Shown: positions 1-13,440 of the stretch, piece by piece
How the letters are laid out: each line of letters begins with the position of its first letter
How positions within the stretch are numbered: the stretch's first letter is position 1
Source of the DNA: Mobula hypostoma
Taxonomy: Eukaryota
DNA length: 60,000 nt
Assembly: GCF_963921235.1 (NCBI RefSeq)
Contig: NC_086097.1
Coordinates: forward strand, 86,492,001-86,552,000
Direction of reading: 5' to 3'
The notes under the pieces: generated by a model
Told to the model about the DNA's origin: nothing
The model's input: only the letters and a program-made list of their open reading frames with translations
Databases searched by the model: none
Program-made: the position numbers and the translations under genes

Positions 1-160
1 ATTGATTGGTTGAATCAATGCTATTAAGATGATTATTTTACCTAAATTTCTGTATCTATTTCAGGCGGTACCAATCTTCATCTCTAAATCCTTTTTTGAT
101 ATTATTGATTCTAAAATTTCTTCATATATATGGCAGAATAAAAATCCTAGATTAAGCCAA
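1..160 (+). mobile_element. L1-clade LINE ORF2 fragment (post-RT region)
   Basis: Frame reads ...AIKMIILPKFLYLFQAVPIFISKSFFDIIDSKISSYIWQNKNPRL, resembling the fish L1 KM.ILP.FLYLFQ..P motif. Confidence 0.75.
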
Positions 161-1220
161 GTTCTTGTTTGCTTTATCAGAGTGTATTGTCTTCAAATGT
201 GCAGGAGCCTGGATGGTTTCATCACCTCATTTTAAAATACCTTTTCACACAACAGACATATTGGCTGCTGTGGTTGCTTGGTGCTGGCATAAATTCATAT
301 CTCAGATACTCCACGCTTCTTTTTCAATTGGTCTGCTTCTGCTATTTTTATTATGGATTAACGACCATGGTCAATTGCTTTTGTTTAAGTCCAATCTCCC
401 TTAAGCACAGCGATCAATAAAGGGGAAAGTTATGACATCATCATAGTTCAGGCAAAACCTGACACTCTACCTGAAGGTAATAAGTGGGGTGGTGATACCT
501 TGATTGGGCCGTGGGCTATAGAAATGCTTTCAAGACCACTCTGAAGGTCAGATTCTGAACTTTACCCCACTGGATGCCATACCCTAATTCACAGGAATTA
601 TGTCACTGCATGATTAGAGTATAGGAATTGCACTAGTTAACACTGTACTACAGTAGTGAACGGCAACAATTCGTGGGCTAGGCCTGAAAATAACAATTTA
701 TTCAGTCCAGATTTCTCATAATATGACAAATAGAGCAGTGCCACATTGCTTTTCAACAACTATAACACACTTCAAGCAAAGTCGAAAAGAATGTTGGGTT
801 AGCAAGAGATTAGGTGATTACGTGATCATTGTAATCAATTATGAGGCACTGACAATCAAATGCTTATCACAAACAATTCATTTCTTAAATTAAGGTCCTC
901 AGCTGCCCCCTTGATACCGAGCCCCCCCACCACCACCCTCTATCTTTATCGCCTCCTCCACCACCCCTTAGAAATTACCACTGCTCCCAGGGGAGTTATA
1001 TCTTTCACTTTGCAAACCACTGCTCTACACACCTGGACTCTCAAATAGATCTTTGCCTTGGCAAGTGGGAAAGGTAATTAGGCTTCTTTGTACAAAATAA
1101 AGCTTTCAAAGGTATCCTTTAAAACGTATTTTGCTTTGTCAGAAAAAATTGCTATGTCCTTGACAAAAATACAAAATGTTGGAACAATTTAATGTGACTT
1201 TTAATCTTACAGTATTTCTA

Positions 1221-1442
<222 letters not shown>

Positions 1443-1619
1443 TTAAAAAGAGTAAAAACAGTTGTAGAATATCTTGTAACATTTAAAGCAGTGATCTGCA
1501 AGCAGGCGATGAAATCTAACCCAACCATTTTTTAATATAATCACAGGAAATAACCAGGAAAGACCATCAAAAATCAGCAGAGAAATAAATATCAGCACAA
1601 AACCTTAATTGTGCTTTCT

Positions 1620-1755
1620 GTCTGTCTGTCTGTATCTTGTTTTATGGCGGTTGGCATCCAGCTTAATGGTGCATTACCGCCACCCTCTGCTCCAGAATGT
1701 GCACTAGACATACATTCTAAATCCCTTCACCCAATTGCGCGCGTGCACACACACA

Positions 1756-1789
<34 letters not shown>

Positions 1790-2125
1790 TATATATACAA
1801 ACCTACACTTCACCCTCCCATCTTTGACCATCCTAGTATCCTATTCCTGTTTATTCGTCATATTCTATAAAAAACCCCTGTACCCCTTAAAAACGCTAAA
1901 AATACCCGGACTTGTGCTCTCTCACCCATGCCCAGCAACCCTTTTAATGTGAATTCCTGCATCCCCAACTCCCTTAATTTATTTCTCATCATCTCTCTCT
2001 GTATCCCATACTTCCTGCAACTCAGAACTACATGTTCTACTGACTCCTCTTCCTGACATTCCTCACACAATCCTGTCTGGTGTTTCCCTGTCATTTTCAA
2101 TGTTTTGTTTAATGCACAATGCCCC
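1620..2125 (-). mobile_element. 5'-truncated I-group (Nimb-like) LINE with C-terminal CCHC knuckle, 3' UTR and (ACAG)n tail
   Basis: ORF 1858..2127 reads GHCALN..L...GLCEECQEEESVEHVVLSC. Perfect 13-bp TSD aattgtgctttct at 1607-1619 and 2126-2138. Internal (CA)n tract at ~1746-1787. Confidence 0.8.
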
Positions 2126-2374
2126 AATTGTGCTTTCTCTCAAGTAGTAAGGCTGATAAAGATTTCACTTAGGTTTCAATTAATCTTTGATTATTCCAAT
2201 TTAGAAAGAGGCAAGTTAAATGGTAGAATTATACATCACAGAAACTGACTGAGTCCATGTTGACCATTAAGTATCCATCTGCACTAATCCAGTCTATACT
2301 AACCCCATTTTATTCTGCCACATTCCCATCAACTCCCTCCCTCATTGGAAGCCACTTAGGCTTACAACCTGGCC

Positions 2375-2525
2375 AATTAGTCTCATATCTTTGGGGTGTG
2401 GGAGGAAATCCAAACACTAGGAGAAAACCCAGGTAGTGATGGAGTGAACAAGCAAGCTCCACACAGACAGCACCCGCGGTTCACTGGAGCCATGAGGCAT
2501 CAGCTCTGCTGGCTGTGCCACTGAG
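2375..2525 (-). mobile_element. Degraded V-SINE-like tRNA-derived SINE
   Basis: Motifs ggtgtgggaggaaa..., aagctccacacagacagcaccc and gctgtgccact resemble the reverse complement of the V-SINE head and body. Confidence 0.5.
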
Positions 2526-3732
2526 CCACTCCAAGGGATAAACAAGACAAAAAAAATGATATTGGTCTGACAAACTGTGAGCACAATTTTTAGAACAGAG
2601 CACAAAGGACTTGGTTTAAACTGAGGAATAACAATAAAACAAAGTCCTTTATAAAGTCTTTTACTTAAGAAATGCAATGGATCCCAGGTAAGACAGCAAC
2701 AGGAAAATGACGGAATTACTAAATATGCATTTGGATATTGTGTTACGAGGTCCAGGGATACATCATTTTATATGTAGGTGAATGGAGGTGGGCTGGAACA
2801 ATTTATCCATGTTCATCCTAATGGCTGAGATCACATCCTTTCAAGAATTCTGTCACTGATACTTAACCCAGGCTGTGAATCTATTTCATGCTCTAAGTTT
2901 TGAAAATATCTATTCCTGCACAAGGTGTCTTTGAGATTTATACAAACATTGTTAGCATTAACATCAAAAAATGCACAATGCTGGAGGGATTATAAGTAAT
3001 CACAAAACTACTTCTTATTGATCCACTCAACTCCCTGCTTTCATATCAGAGGTTTGGGAGTGAGTTTACAAATAACAAGCCTGGGAAACATTGTGTGGCA
3101 TGTTTGTAAGCTGATGTCTGCTCACAAAGAAGCCTTCTTTTGATTTGGCACTGTGCGCCCCCACCCCCACACATTGCCTGAATCTACACAGGGTCTCCTG
3201 CACCATTAAGTGTGTCACTTGCCTCATGGTAATGCTTTCTGACTCACTCTCAAAGTGTGAGATATTTAACATGGGTAGGGGCTGGTCCAGAAGACCTTTA
3301 GAGCAACGAAGTTCTGCAAGACATATGAAGTCGAAGAAGAATTAAAATGAAGAGAAAACCTATAAAATGGTCAGTGGGTGTAATACACAAGTTGAGTAGT
3401 GGAAATGGGGGAGACATTCATGGAAAGAGGAGAGGAGGGTTCAAGGGGCGATGGAAGGAGAGGCAAGTGATCAGACAGAGAGATGGAAAAAAAGGAGAGT
3501 CAAGTGGATGGAGAAGGAGAGAGGGAACGAGGGAACAAGGGAACTAAATAGAAATTAAAGAGGAAGCAACATCTTAGACACTTTCCCAAAGTTTTACCAC
3601 CTCCTGGAACAACTGTAGCTTCCAAGAATATCTTCAGGTCAAAAATATTCACGAGTATTTCTTATCTGATCCAATAATATCATTGTGCTTTCCATAATCC
3701 AGCACATGCTCAAATGCTTGTGTTGATTCAGG

Positions 3733-3800
3733 TAGAGACACGAGAGACACGAGAGAGAGACACGAGAGAGAGACACGAGAGAGAGACACGAGAGAGAGAT
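3733..3800. repeat. Compound microsatellite [(GA)n CAC]x5
   Basis: gagacac-gagagacac-gagagagagacac... read directly from the sequence. Confidence 0.9.
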
Positions 3801-4344
3801 AGAAAGAGGGAGAAAGAAAGAAAAATACAAGATACATGGATGCCAACCAGTGTCCCAACCGCTGGCCGTTCATTGCATGCTGTTCCATGCAGCATGTTCA
3901 GTTTTTCAAAACACCAGGCAATAATATGTGGATTACACTCATTTGTATGTTCTTCCAGACCCTCAGTCTCATAATCAATAGCAATATTTGGCCAAGTTGT
4001 CTGTCATTCTGCAGTCATCCAGATTAATGCCTATTGCCTAACCTCAGTCACTGTAGGGCTCAAATATTTATACTGGGTTCAAGGCAGGTGGAGTATACAT
4101 GTAGATTAAATGTCCGAGTCCCCGTTAGGCAATGCGACACCCATCCAGGTCAAAAGGATTTGTTCAGCGTCACCTAAATGTCATTGCTCCTGATCATTTG
4201 GAATGTGCATGCCTCAGAGCAAGTCTTCAGTCTGTTCGATTTTGCAACTACCTCTAGGATGCACGTGTAAGAAATTTTAAATGCACAGACCCCTAGTCAA
4301 CTTGGGATCAGAGTATCAAAACTGATTTCTAAAAAAAAGCAACC

Positions 4345-4630
4345 CAGTGGTGCCAGTTGAGGAGCTGCTGCCTCACAGCACTAGTGACCCAGGTTCAATC
4401 CCAGAATATGTGTGTTCTCATTGCAACTTTATTGGTTTGCCCCCAAATCCCAAAGACATCCAGACTGGTCAATTAGCTATTCCAGCTGCTCTCAGCATAG
4501 GCATGTGTGGAATCTGGGAGGGTGTAATGGCATTGTGGAATTAATAAAAACTGGATAAATCTCAAATGTTTCCTGGTCCATAATGACTTGTGGGCTGTGG
4601 GATGCATTTCTTTCTGTGTAACTCTTTGGA
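4345..4630 (+). mobile_element. Degraded V-SINE-like SINE
   Basis: tRNA-like head gagctgctgcctcacagc...gacccaggttcaatcc (B box), and a CR1-like 3' end gtgggctg...tttctgtgtaactct. Confidence 0.55.
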
Positions 4631-5279
4631 CTCAGATTGGGGTTGGATGGGCTGAGGCCAACTGGCTAGTTTGCATGACCTCTCACCCATGCAAATCATT
4701 ACTTTTGACCTCAGCAAGTGGATTACACCAGTTACCACTGAATTTAATTTCCCCTAGTTTAAAAGCAAAGGACAAGCCTCCTGTCATCAACCTTGTGATG
4801 TAGGTGGCTCAAGAGAGGGACTAGGACTGAAGGGCTGAACAAGGTGTCCAACCACTTTCATCCCTTTCATCTTCTCATCACCTCTTCAGTACATTCTTCT
4901 TTAATAAAAAAGAAATTGCAGTGGAAGTCTGCAGTACAAAGAATGAAGAAAGTGGGCTGATCATGGTGAAATGTTTAAGGTCCTGAAAGAGAAATGACAT
5001 GGTAGATATTGAGATATTTTCACAAGTTGGGGAGTCTCATGGGAAGAGTAGTTACAAAACTATGAGACCGAGGTGTGCAGGAACAACTTCTCACATGAAA
5101 AGGTTGGTGATTCTCTAGAATTCCCTGTTCTGGAGAACTGTGGAGGCAGGATCAATGGAGGCATTTGGGGAAATGGTGTAGAAGAGATGAAACTTGGGGC
5201 AGATCAAGCTTTGGTCATAATGGGTAGGCTTAAGGGGCCAGATGGCCAACACCTGCTCCAATTTTTCAACTACAACTAC

Positions 5280-5530
5280 AGCCTGAAGATATGCACCACC
5301 AGGCTGAAAAATAGCTTCCACCCTGGTGTTATAGTGCTATTAAATAGTTCCCAAATAAAATAAGATGGATTCTTCATTTTCTTCCCTGTTATGTTTACCT
5401 ACAATATACTTCCTCTGTAGCTGTTAGACTTTTATGTATTCTATTATTGTTCTACCTCAGTGTGAAAAGTGTGCAAGACAGGGTTTTCACTGTATTGCAG
5501 TACATGTAACAATAATAAACCAATTCCAAC
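5280..5530 (+). mobile_element. Rex1/Babar LINE 3' fragment
   Basis: Encodes CTTRLKNSFHPGVIVLLN, the Rex1/Babar C-terminal motif, and ends aataataaaccaattcc. Confidence 0.65.
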
Positions 5531-5560
5531 TAACTACAATCCCATTTTTTTTATATTCCT

Positions 5561-6228
5561 AGAATCAGAATCAGGTCCATTATCACCGGCATGTGTTGTG
5601 AAATTTATTAACTTAGCAGCAGCAGTTCAATGCAATACATAATAATATAGAGAGAAACAGAAATAAGTAAATCAATTACAGTAAGTACATATATATGCAT
5701 ATTGAACAGATTAAGAACAGTGCAAAAACAGAAATAATATATATTTTTAAAAAGTAAGGTTGTGATCATGGGTTCAATGTCCATTTAGGAATCATATGGC
5801 AGAGGGGAAAAAGTTGTTTCTAAATTGCTGAGTGTGCACCTTCAGGTGTCTGTACCTGCTTCCTGACAGTAACAATGAGAAGGGGGCACGTTCTGCGTAA
5901 CGGTGGTCTTTAATAATGGATATCACTTTTCTGAGGCATTGTTCCTTGAAGATGTCTTGGGTACTATGGAGGCTGGTACCCAAGATGCAGCTGACTAATT
6001 CTACAACTTTCTGTAGCTTCTTTCGGTCCTGTGCAGTAGCACCCACCCCACCACCCATACACCAGTCAGTGATGTAGCCGGTCAGAATGCACGGTATATC
6101 TATAGAAGTTCTTGAGTATTTTGGTTGACAAACAAAATCTCTTCAAACTCCTAATGAAATATAGCCACTGTCTTGCCTTCTTTATAGCTGCATTGATATG
6201 TTGGGACCAGGCTAGATTCTCAGAGACA
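5561..6228 (-). mobile_element. Rex1/Babar LINE 3' fragment
   Basis: ORF 5792..6058 (QDRKKLQKVV...FSLLLSGSRYR...FRNNFFPSAI) with a (TTCTGA)n-type tail at ~5561-5573. Confidence 0.8.
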
Positions 6229-6490
6229 TTCTAACAGAATGAGAGCAATGGATGATTTGGGAAACTTGTGGAATTTCAGTGATTTATTACAGTGAAATTC
6301 AGAACATTTCTGATGGCTTCAACATTTCTGTTCTATGAAAAGAACTCAAAAATCCCCCACCATCTGCTCATGCCTGTATTCCTTTTCACTTTGGTCTGTG
6401 GAAATTAAGAAATTCATCCCTACCTCATTCCATTCTTGAAAATTCCATCAAACAAACCTGCATACCCTCTCCCAATCCCTCCCCTTTTCA

Positions 6491-6763
<273 letters not shown>

Positions 6764-9571
6764 TTAACATGAACACAGCCACCTTCCCTCGTCACCCCTT
6801 CAAATACAGCCAGATGCTTGTGCACAAAGAATCTGTGCAGGAAGTGGCTGTCAGTGTGTACAAACCACTCTGCTGCCTCAGATCCCATCACTCTTATTGA
6901 AGTGCAAGAGAGTTTTCATCATGTGCCAGCCAATATTCACAGGTTGGCCATTAAGAGCAATGAATAACCTGTCTCCACTTTTGTTTTCGTGGGATATTGC
7001 TGTGTGTAAGGTAGTGAGCTGCCCACCCCAGTCAGCCAGCCTAACAGCTACTATCGTTCAATGCAATTAATGGGAGGCAAAAAGATCTTTGAAGGACCAG
7101 AAGTACTGTGGAAAGTCTGACCTTCTGCTCCTACAGATATGATGTCGCAAAATGTAAACACTGTCAAGACCAACATCAGACAATTTTAAACAGATAGAGG
7201 TGCTGCAGTTAGTTACAGAATCTTCACTCAGGCAGAAGAGGGTCACATTCCCAAAACTCGATACCTGTCTCCAATACATGGCATGGACTGCGCAAGACTG
7301 TACCTGCCCTACAGACCACATCATGCAGTGAATCAACATCACTAAAAGGAGAAATATAGACATCGCTGGCCACTTCTAACACAAGATGCCTCCTCTCAGT
7401 GGGACAATATCAGCTATCTAGTGATCTAATGGAGCAGGTAATAGACCAAGATGCACATAGGTTCCCTTAAGGTTTCTCAGTTTACAAATCAACACTGCTG
7501 CTCAGCTTTCACATTATTACTGACCCATTTTAATGCCAGTTATTGAACGAGTGGGTTGGGAATTAAATAGGGAGGAGGAGTATGCCATTTAAGATCAGCA
7601 CAAGAATTAAAGCTCACTCTGAAAGCTAGAAATACTGGACACCTGGACAAAATTCAGGATTCTCACAACGCAATGTAAAGGAGTAATTTTATGGTGCACA
7701 GATCTCTACAGAGCACAGAACACCAGCAGTGGATTTGTTCCCGTGCCCCCTCAAGTGTCCTCCCAGAGGAGGAACTCTGTTCTGAGCCTCAGAATTGACC
7801 TGCCTAGTATTACAAGTATTTTCCATTTATATTGCTTGTAATTACTGTTAGCAAGAACAACAGAGAAGTAGGAAGTTTGCACCACAATGTCACCTTTTGT
7901 TTTTAAGTACAGTGTGGCATTGCTATCTAAAATGGGAATCAGAGCCTACACAGAAAGAAGAGCAAGTAGGCACTTTAACCAGGGATTCCCATTTCGAATC
8001 ATGATACAAAGACCATTGCTTAACAGCAAGTCTATTAGCATTAGGTCAACAAGGGGTCAGACTTGATGAGATAACTCTCACAAATGAATAACCTGACAAT
8101 TGTTCAACAGGGATCAGTTGCGGACAACCATGGAAATGTTTCTCAAGTCCCTGACCTTCAGAGGTAGAAAAGATTATCAAAGAAAATTACACGCGATTCA
8201 AAACTATTCATTCTTTCTCAAGGAAATATAACAAGCTTTATTGTCAGCGCTCCAGGACCATTATAATCACATCAGTCTGTAATATTTCCAGGTGGCTGCA
8301 GTCTGGCTCACTGCTGTGAAATTCTGCAGCCTTCCAGTAGCTGCCTGATGATGGCTGACTCCAGCAGCCCAGCCCGTCAGATCAGGCTGACGAAGCAGAA
8401 ATGCGCAGAACCTAGCAGTCAGCACTGACAACAGAAACACCTTCACAGACCACGGGATATCATCAATAACCAGTCACCTCCACCGAGGCCAAATCCACAG
8501 TGGGCAAGACCAAGCTCACTGCCCGAGAAAAAACAAAATTAGAAATGACGCTAGAAGCTCCATCTGCTGTAGAGACTAAAAGATGCAGAGTCAAAATGGT
8601 AAAACCCGTCTTTTCCCATAATCGTAAACTAAATTAACTACTCGGAGTAATATTTTACAAAATTGAGTTCATTAACTTCTAGAGTTACTAGCAATTTGGG
8701 AACCCTAAGGAAGAGCTGTAATGTGAAATAGATCCATTCTTAGCAACTCTCAGTGCAGGCTCAGTCAGTGATTAACAGATGGTCAACACAATGTCAGTAT
8801 AAACATCACAAATTTCTGCTGCAAACCAGAAGATGAATGCTCAGGTGGTTTAGTTTCCTGAGAATAACCTTCATTAGAATCAGATTAGATCCACAGATCT
8901 TACCAGTGAAAGACCCATGGTGGATCCAGTCTCTGGGCAGAACCTCGATGCATACTTATTTGAAGTTTTCAATTATTTTGCAGATTTGTCCTGTGGTTAG
9001 CAGACTGCTTGACAAACCCAATCATTCAAAATATTACTCCATTCCCTTAAACATTAATGGACACCTGATAAACCACCGCTTACGTAATCTTTAGCTCATT
9101 GCGTGGAACTAAGCTCAAAAGCTGCTGATTTGGCTGCGATTTGATAGAATTCCACTAGGTGGAAGTGAAAGAATATATTTATTTCCTCCACTGGGAAAGT
9201 GTTAACTTTATAATTCTGATTTGTTCAAACTGTAGATCAGTATTATCCCCATGAATTGCCAGTTAATCTCTGAGTTAGGGTGGCTGTGACCTCAAACACC
9301 AGTCCAGAGACCAAAGCACACAGTTCTAGGCTGACCTGTAATTGGAGAATGCCATTTTGTCAGAGGTGAGCAACTTCTGTTGATTGTGAAACCAAAACTC
9401 AGCCTATAACACAAAACATAGCAGGAATACAAGCCATTCAGCCCTACCATTCATTAAAAAATATGGCTAATCTCTTACAACAGGAATTCTGCAGATGCTG
9501 GAAATTCAAGCAACACACATCAAAGTTGCTGGTGAACGCAGCAGGCCAGGCAGCATCTCTAGGAAGAGGTA

Positions 9572-9613
9572 CAGTCCACGTTTCAGGCCGAGACCCTTCG
9601 TCAGGACTAACTG
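9572..9613 (-). ncRNA. Minimal type I hammerhead ribozyme motif with a non-cleavable GUG triplet
   Basis: Minus strand reads caguuaguc-CUGACGA-agggucucggccu-GAAA-c-GUG-gacug. Confidence 0.7.
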
Positions 9614-10694
9614 AAGGAAGAGTGAGTAAGAGATTTGAAAGTTGGAGGGAGGGGGGAGATCCAAAATGATAGGAGAAGACAGGAGGGGGAGGGATGGAGC
9701 CAAGAGCTGGACAGGTGATTGGCAAAAGGGATATGAGGGGATCATGGGACAGGAGGTCCGGGAAGAATTACAAGGGGGGCGGGAACCCACAGGATGGGCA
9801 AGGGACAGAGGGAGAAAAAGGAGAGTGAGAGGAAGAATGTGTGAATAAAAATAAATAACAGATGGGGTACGAGGGGGAGGTGGGGCATTAGCGGAAGTTA
9901 GAGAAGTCGATGTTCATGCCGTCAGGTTGGAGGCTACCGAGATGGAATATAAGGTGTTGTTCCTCCAACCCGAGTGTGGCTTTATCTTTACACTAGAGGA
10001 GGCCATGGATAGACGTGTCAGAATGGGAATGGGATTTCGAATTAAAAGGTGTGGCCACTGGGAGATCCTGCTTTCTCTGGTGGACAGAGCGTAGGTGTTC
10101 AGCAAAGCGGTCTCCCAGTCTGCGTCAGCGTAGGTGTTCAGCAAAGCGGTCTCCCAGTCTGCATAGTCTGCGTCAGGTCTGACGCAGACTGGGAGACCGC
10201 TTTGCTGAACACCTACGCTCTGTCCACCAGAGAAAGCAGGATCTCCCAGTGGCCACACATTTTAATTCCAAATCCCATTCCCATTCTGACATGTCTATCC
10301 ACAGCCTCCTCTACTGTAAAGATGAAGCCACACTCAAGTTGGAGGAACAACACTTTATATTCCATCTGGGTAGCCTCCAACCTGACGGCATGAACATCGA
10401 CTTCTCTAACTTCCGCTAATGCCCCACCTCCCCCTCGTACCCCATCTGTTATTTATTTTTATACACACATTCTTTCTCTCACTCTCCTTTTTCTCCCTCT
10501 GTCCCTTGCCCATCCTCTGGGTTCCCCCCACCCTTTTCCTTCTCCCTGGGCCTCCTGTCCCATGATCCTCTCATATCCCTTTTGCCAATCACCTGTCCAG
10601 CTCTTGGCTCCATCCCTCCCCCTCCTGTCTTCTCCTATCATTTTGGATCTCCCCTTCCCCCTCCAACTTTCAAATCACTTATAAACTCTTCCTT

Positions 10695-10736
10695 CAGTTA
10701 GTCCTGACGAAGGGTCTCGGCCTGAAACGTGGACTG
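10695..10736 (+). ncRNA. Minimal type I hammerhead ribozyme motif with a non-cleavable GUG triplet
   Basis: cagttagtc-CTGACGA(10704-10710)-agggtctcggcct-GAAA-c-GTG-gactg. Confidence 0.7.
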
Positions 10737-11689
10737 TACCTCTTCCTAGAGATGCTGCCTGGCCTGCTGCATTCACCAGCAACGTTGATGTGTGTGGCTA
10801 ATCTTTTACCTTGGTACATTTCCCTCAGTTCTCTACATTTATAAAATCTATTAATGTACCCAATGACAGGGTCTTCAGAACTCTCCTGGGCAGAACAATG
10901 GAAAAAATCACCACCCTCTGACCAAAAACACTTCTTCTCACTCAGGCTGATCCTTTATTCTGATATTGCGACTCCTGGTTCCAAACACCTCAGGAAACTT
11001 CATCTCTGCATCTATCTTGTCAAGACCCTTAAGAATTTTGTACATTACGATGAGATTCCCCTCTCCTCTAAACTGGAATGAGTGCAGATCCAATCTATTT
11101 AATCTCTCCTCATACAACAAAGCCACAATCTTCAGAATCGATCATGGCAAACCATCACAGACTCCCTCTGTTGTAAGTGCGTCCGCCCTTCAGAGGAGAC
11201 CAGAGAGATACACAATCTTCCCTATGCAAAGGCTCGGCTTTGATATTCAAATCCACTGTGTTAATCATTTGGCCTCCTAATAGCTTGTGCACTTTCCTTT
11301 TATCTTTTATATTGATTCATGAACAAGGACACCCCAGTCCATGCAAGCACCTTTCAACTTTTCAGTGTTTGAAAAGCACCACAATTTTCTATTTCTTATT
11401 ACCAAAGAGGATGTTCTCTCATTTTCCTATATTATATTCCATCCATCATGGCCTTATCCATCTGCATTCCCTGAAACCTCTCCATATTCTTTGAGTGGCA
11501 TTATACTGAAAACCCCTATTTGTGGTTTTGAAAGCATCATATCCATCAACATCATTAATGTAAATTGTCTAGTGACTTACACATAGCTGTTTATGGGGCT
11601 TCAATGTGCAATAAATGGGTATTGTATTGAAACAGTGACCACACTTCAGAAGTGGTTCAAGAGCCATAAGAAGGAAACAGTTTCAACAA

Positions 11690-12070
11690 AACAAAATACC
11701 CCAGTTGTCAAGGGGCGGGCAATAGTGATATCCAACCAGAGGAAATCAAGCTATCACCATAGGAATCACAATGGCATTACCATTACTGAATCCCGCACGA
11801 AACACAACCCTGGGGTTACCGTTAATCAGGAAATGAGATGGAGTGGCCATATGCATAATGTGGCTACAAGAAAAAGTCAGAGGCCAGAAATGCAATGGCA
11901 AATAACTTATCTCCTAACTCCCCAAAATATGACCACCATCTGCAAGGTTCATCAGGAGTGTGATGGAATACCCTCCACTCACCTGGATAAGGGATTCAAC
12001 AGATACAAAGCTCAGCACCATACAGCGTATAGCAGCCTGTTTGACAGGCTCCCATCCACAACCATTCACT
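11690..12070 (+). mobile_element. Old CR1/L2-group LINE 3' fragment
   Basis: Motif accaccatctgcaagg...caggagtgtgatggaata..ctccact. Related decayed sequence recurs at ~14210-14450 (-), ~23440-23860 (+) and ~52450-52895 (-). Confidence 0.5.
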
Positions 12071-13440
12071 CACTCCCTCCGTGTCTGACAGGACCCTCAT
12101 CCACAACCGTTCACTCACTCTGTTTCACAGACTCCTCATTCACAACCGTTCACTCACTCTCTGTTTGACAGGCTCCTCATCCACAACCGTTCACTCACTC
12201 TGTTTCACAGACTCCTCATTCACAATCGTTCACTCACTCTCTGTTTGACAGCCTCCTCATTCACTATCGTTCACTCACTCTCTGTTTGACAGGCTCCCAT
12301 CCACAACCGTTCACTCGCTCTCTGTTTGACAGGCTCCCATCCACAACCGTTCACTCACTCCGTGTTTGACAGACTCCTCATTCACAACCGTTCACTCACT
12401 CTCTGTTTGACAGGCTCCTCATCCGCAACCGTTCACTCACTCCGTGTTTGACAGACTCCTCATTCACAACCGTTCACTCACTCCGTGTTTAACAGACTCC
12501 TCATTCACAATCGTTCACTCTCTCTGTTTGACAGTCTCCTCATTCACAATCGTTCACTCACTCTGTTTGACAAGCTCCTCATTCACAACCGTTCACTCAC
12601 ACTCTGTTTGACAGGCTCCTCATTCACAATCGTTCACTCACTCTCTGTTTGACAGGCTCCTCATCCACAACCATTCACTAACTCTCTGTTTGACAGACTG
12701 CTCATTCACAACCGTTCACTCACACTCTGTTTGAAGGCTCCCATCCACAACCGTTCACTCACTCTCTGTTTGACAGGCTCCCATCCACAACCGTTCACTC
12801 ACTCTGTTTCACAGACTCCTCATTCACAATCGTTCACTCACTCTCTGTTTGACAGCCTCCTCATTCACTATCGTTCACTCACTCTCTGTTTGACAGCCTC
12901 CTCATTCACTATCGTTCACTCACTCTCTGTTTGACAGGCTCCCATCCACAACCGTTCACTCGCTCTCTGTTTGACAGGATCCTCATTCACAATCGTTCAC
13001 TCACTCTGTGTTTGACAGGCTCCTCAGTCACAACCGTTTACTCACTCTCTTTTTGACAGGCTCCCATCCACAACCGTTTACTCGCTCTCTGTTTGACAGG
13101 CTCCTCATTCACAACCGTTCACTCACTCTGTGTTTGACAGACTCCTCATTCACAACCGTTCACTCACTCCGTGTTTGACAGACTCCTCATTCACAACCGT
13201 TCACTCACTCTGTGTTTGACAGGCTCCTCATCCACAACCGTTCACTCACTCCGTGTTTGACAGACTCCTCATTCACAACCGTTCACTCACACTCTGTTTG
13301 ACAGACTCCTCATTCACAACCGTTCACTCACACTCTGTTTGACAGGCTCCTCATCCACAACCGTTCACTCACTCTGTGTTTGACAGACTCCTCATTCACA
13401 ACCATTCACTCACACTCTGTTTGACAGGCTCCTTATCCAC
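12037..13440. repeat. Minisatellite, 39-41-bp unit, about 35 copies
   Basis: Consensus ctgtttgacag(g/a)ctcctcat(t/c)cacaaccgttcactcactct repeated head to tail with no spacers. Confidence 0.97.

Larger units (their letters stand above)
9479..10794. mobile_element. Palindromic (head-to-head inverted) Penelope-like element, copy P1
   Basis: Left arm ~9479-10126 is the reverse complement of right arm ~10180-10794. Both encode the GIY-YIG C-terminal part RRLGDRFAEHLRSV...LEEQHLIF.LGSLQPDGMNIDF. 15-bp TSD with one mismatch: tggctaatct(c/t)ttac at 9464-9478 and 10795-10809. Confidence 0.9.
9415..11480 (-). mobile_element. Old CR1 LINE 3' portion, split by the Penelope palindrome
   Basis: Remnant YEERLNRLDLHS...GNLIVMYKILKGLDKID (ORF 10938..11126). 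The 3' UTR remnant continues to the left of the insertion. Confidence 0.65.

Noticed and set aside
11593..12168. 191-aa ORF as a novel gene
   Set aside because: It runs through a decayed LINE into the minisatellite, with no recognisable domain.
12037..13440. CRISPR-like periodicity
   Set aside because: Units are contiguous with no unique spacers, there are no cas genes, and the context is a vertebrate intron.
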